64,000 nucleotides of DNA from Candidatus Latescibacterota bacterium. GTDB taxonomy: Bacteria > Latescibacterota > UBA2968 > UBA8231. Position 1 is the stretch's first letter. Each line of letters starts with the position of its first letter. The position numbers and the translations under genes are program-made. A model generated the notes under the pieces. The model was not told the DNA's origin and searched no databases. It saw nothing but the letters and a program-made list of their open reading frames with translations. The DNA lies in assembly GCA_965204725.1 (NCBI GenBank), contig OZ242005.1, positions 3,072,001 to 3,136,000 of the forward strand, in the 5' to 3' direction. This document shows, piece by piece, positions 63,253 to 64,000 of this stretch.

Positions 63253-64000
63253 ATGAACAAAAACCAGCCCCACAAAGTTCACCTCGTCAGCCTAGGCTGC
63301 CCCAAAAACGCGGTCGATTCCGAGCGCATGCTCGGCCTCCTTCAAGGCCACGCCTATCAGCTAACCGACGCGCCCGAAGAGGCCGAAGTAGTGGTAGTCA
63401 ATACCTGCGGCTTCATTGAGCCGGCCAAAGAGGAGTCCCTCGCCGCGATTATGGACGCGCATCGGCTCAAAGAAACCGGCCAATGCAAAGGCGTCATTGT
63501 CACCGGCTGCTTGGCGACGCGCTACCGCGAAGAGCTATCACAGGAGTTGTGGGAGGCCGACAAGCTGTTGACGATCGCCGACGAGGCCGACATCGTCCGC
63601 CACGTGGACGACGCGCTGGGCACGGCTCGGTCTGGCTACCAAACCGACCTGCCGCGGGCTTTGCTCTCGCCTCAGCACTGGGCGTACTTGCGCATATCCG
63701 ATGGCTGCGATCACCAATGCGCCTTTTGCGCCATCCCCGCCATTCGCGGGCGGCACGTGAGCGAGCCAATCGAAGCACTCGTGGCCGAGGCCGAGCGGCT
63801 GGCCGCGGCTGGGGTGCGGGAGTTGGTTTTGGTCTCGCAAGATTCAGTGCGCTACGGGGCCGACCTCTACGGCCGGCCGCAACTCGTGCGGCTCTTAACA
63901 GCCCTCGCCGAGGTGGAGGGCATTGAGTGGATGCGCTTGATGTACACCTATCCGGCGTTCTGGACCGAAGAACTGATCGACTTCTACGCCACGTGCGACA
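63253..64000 (+). CDS. rimO: Ribosomal protein S12 methylthiotransferase, 3'-truncated by the window edge
   Basis: Hand translation from ATG 63253 gives SLGCPKNAVDSE, NTCGFIEPAKEES, VTGCL, AYLRISDGCDHQCAFCAIPAIRG. Confidence 0.92.
   Translation, partial: MNKNQPHKVHLVSLGCPKNAVDSERMLGLLQGHAYQLTDAPEEAEVVVVNTCGFIEPAKEESLAAIMDAHRLKETGQCKGVIVTGCLATRYREELSQELWEADKLLTIADEADIVRHVDDALGTARSGYQTDLPRALLSPQHWAYLRISDGCDHQCAFCAIPAIRGRHVSEPIEALVAEAERLAAAGVRELVLVSQDSVRYGADLYGRPQLVRLLTALAEVEGIEWMRLMYTYPAFWTEELIDFYATCD

Overview
GC-rich bacterial chromosome window. It is probably from an FCB-group lineage such as Latescibacterota; this is an inference from the FlgD/T9SS-type C-terminal domains, a SWGxxK C-terminal motif, a short RpoD-like sigma factor and the futalosine pathway. 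In order, it contains: (1) a partial OLD-like ABC-ATPase/TOPRIM gene and an NtrC-family activator converging on a sigma54-driven three-gene envelope operon (LTxxQ/Spy-like repeat protein, Asp-rich putative Ca-binding protein, beta-barrel); (2) a TRAP transporter, rpiA, a GNAT, a fused indolepyruvate oxidoreductase, def, and FGE and CBM9-like proteins; (3) an amtB-glnK-porin operon behind a NifA-like activator; (4) a sigma70-family gene with a sigma54 promoter next to another NtrC-like activator; (5) the menG-mqnE-mqnC-mqnA-mqnP menaquinone operon; (6) a ~7 kb AT-richer defence-like island (AIPR, Eco57I-like methyltransferase, RelB with truncated RelE, an unknown protein and a HEXXH protein); (7) four tandem mosaic S8 proteases with 3/0/0/8 IPT repeats, interspersed with palindromic repeats and a GIY-YIG remnant; (8) a DUF5678-like/retropepsin pair; (9) an attenuated trp/aro superoperon containing a catalytically degenerate AroA, an unannotated 46-aa membrane ORF and a tyrA without a proper start; (10) partial rimO. 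Four sigma54 promoters were read directly from the sequence. No tRNA, rRNA, CRISPR array, integrase or intact transposase was recognised. All family calls come from motif recognition by eye; no database search was run.
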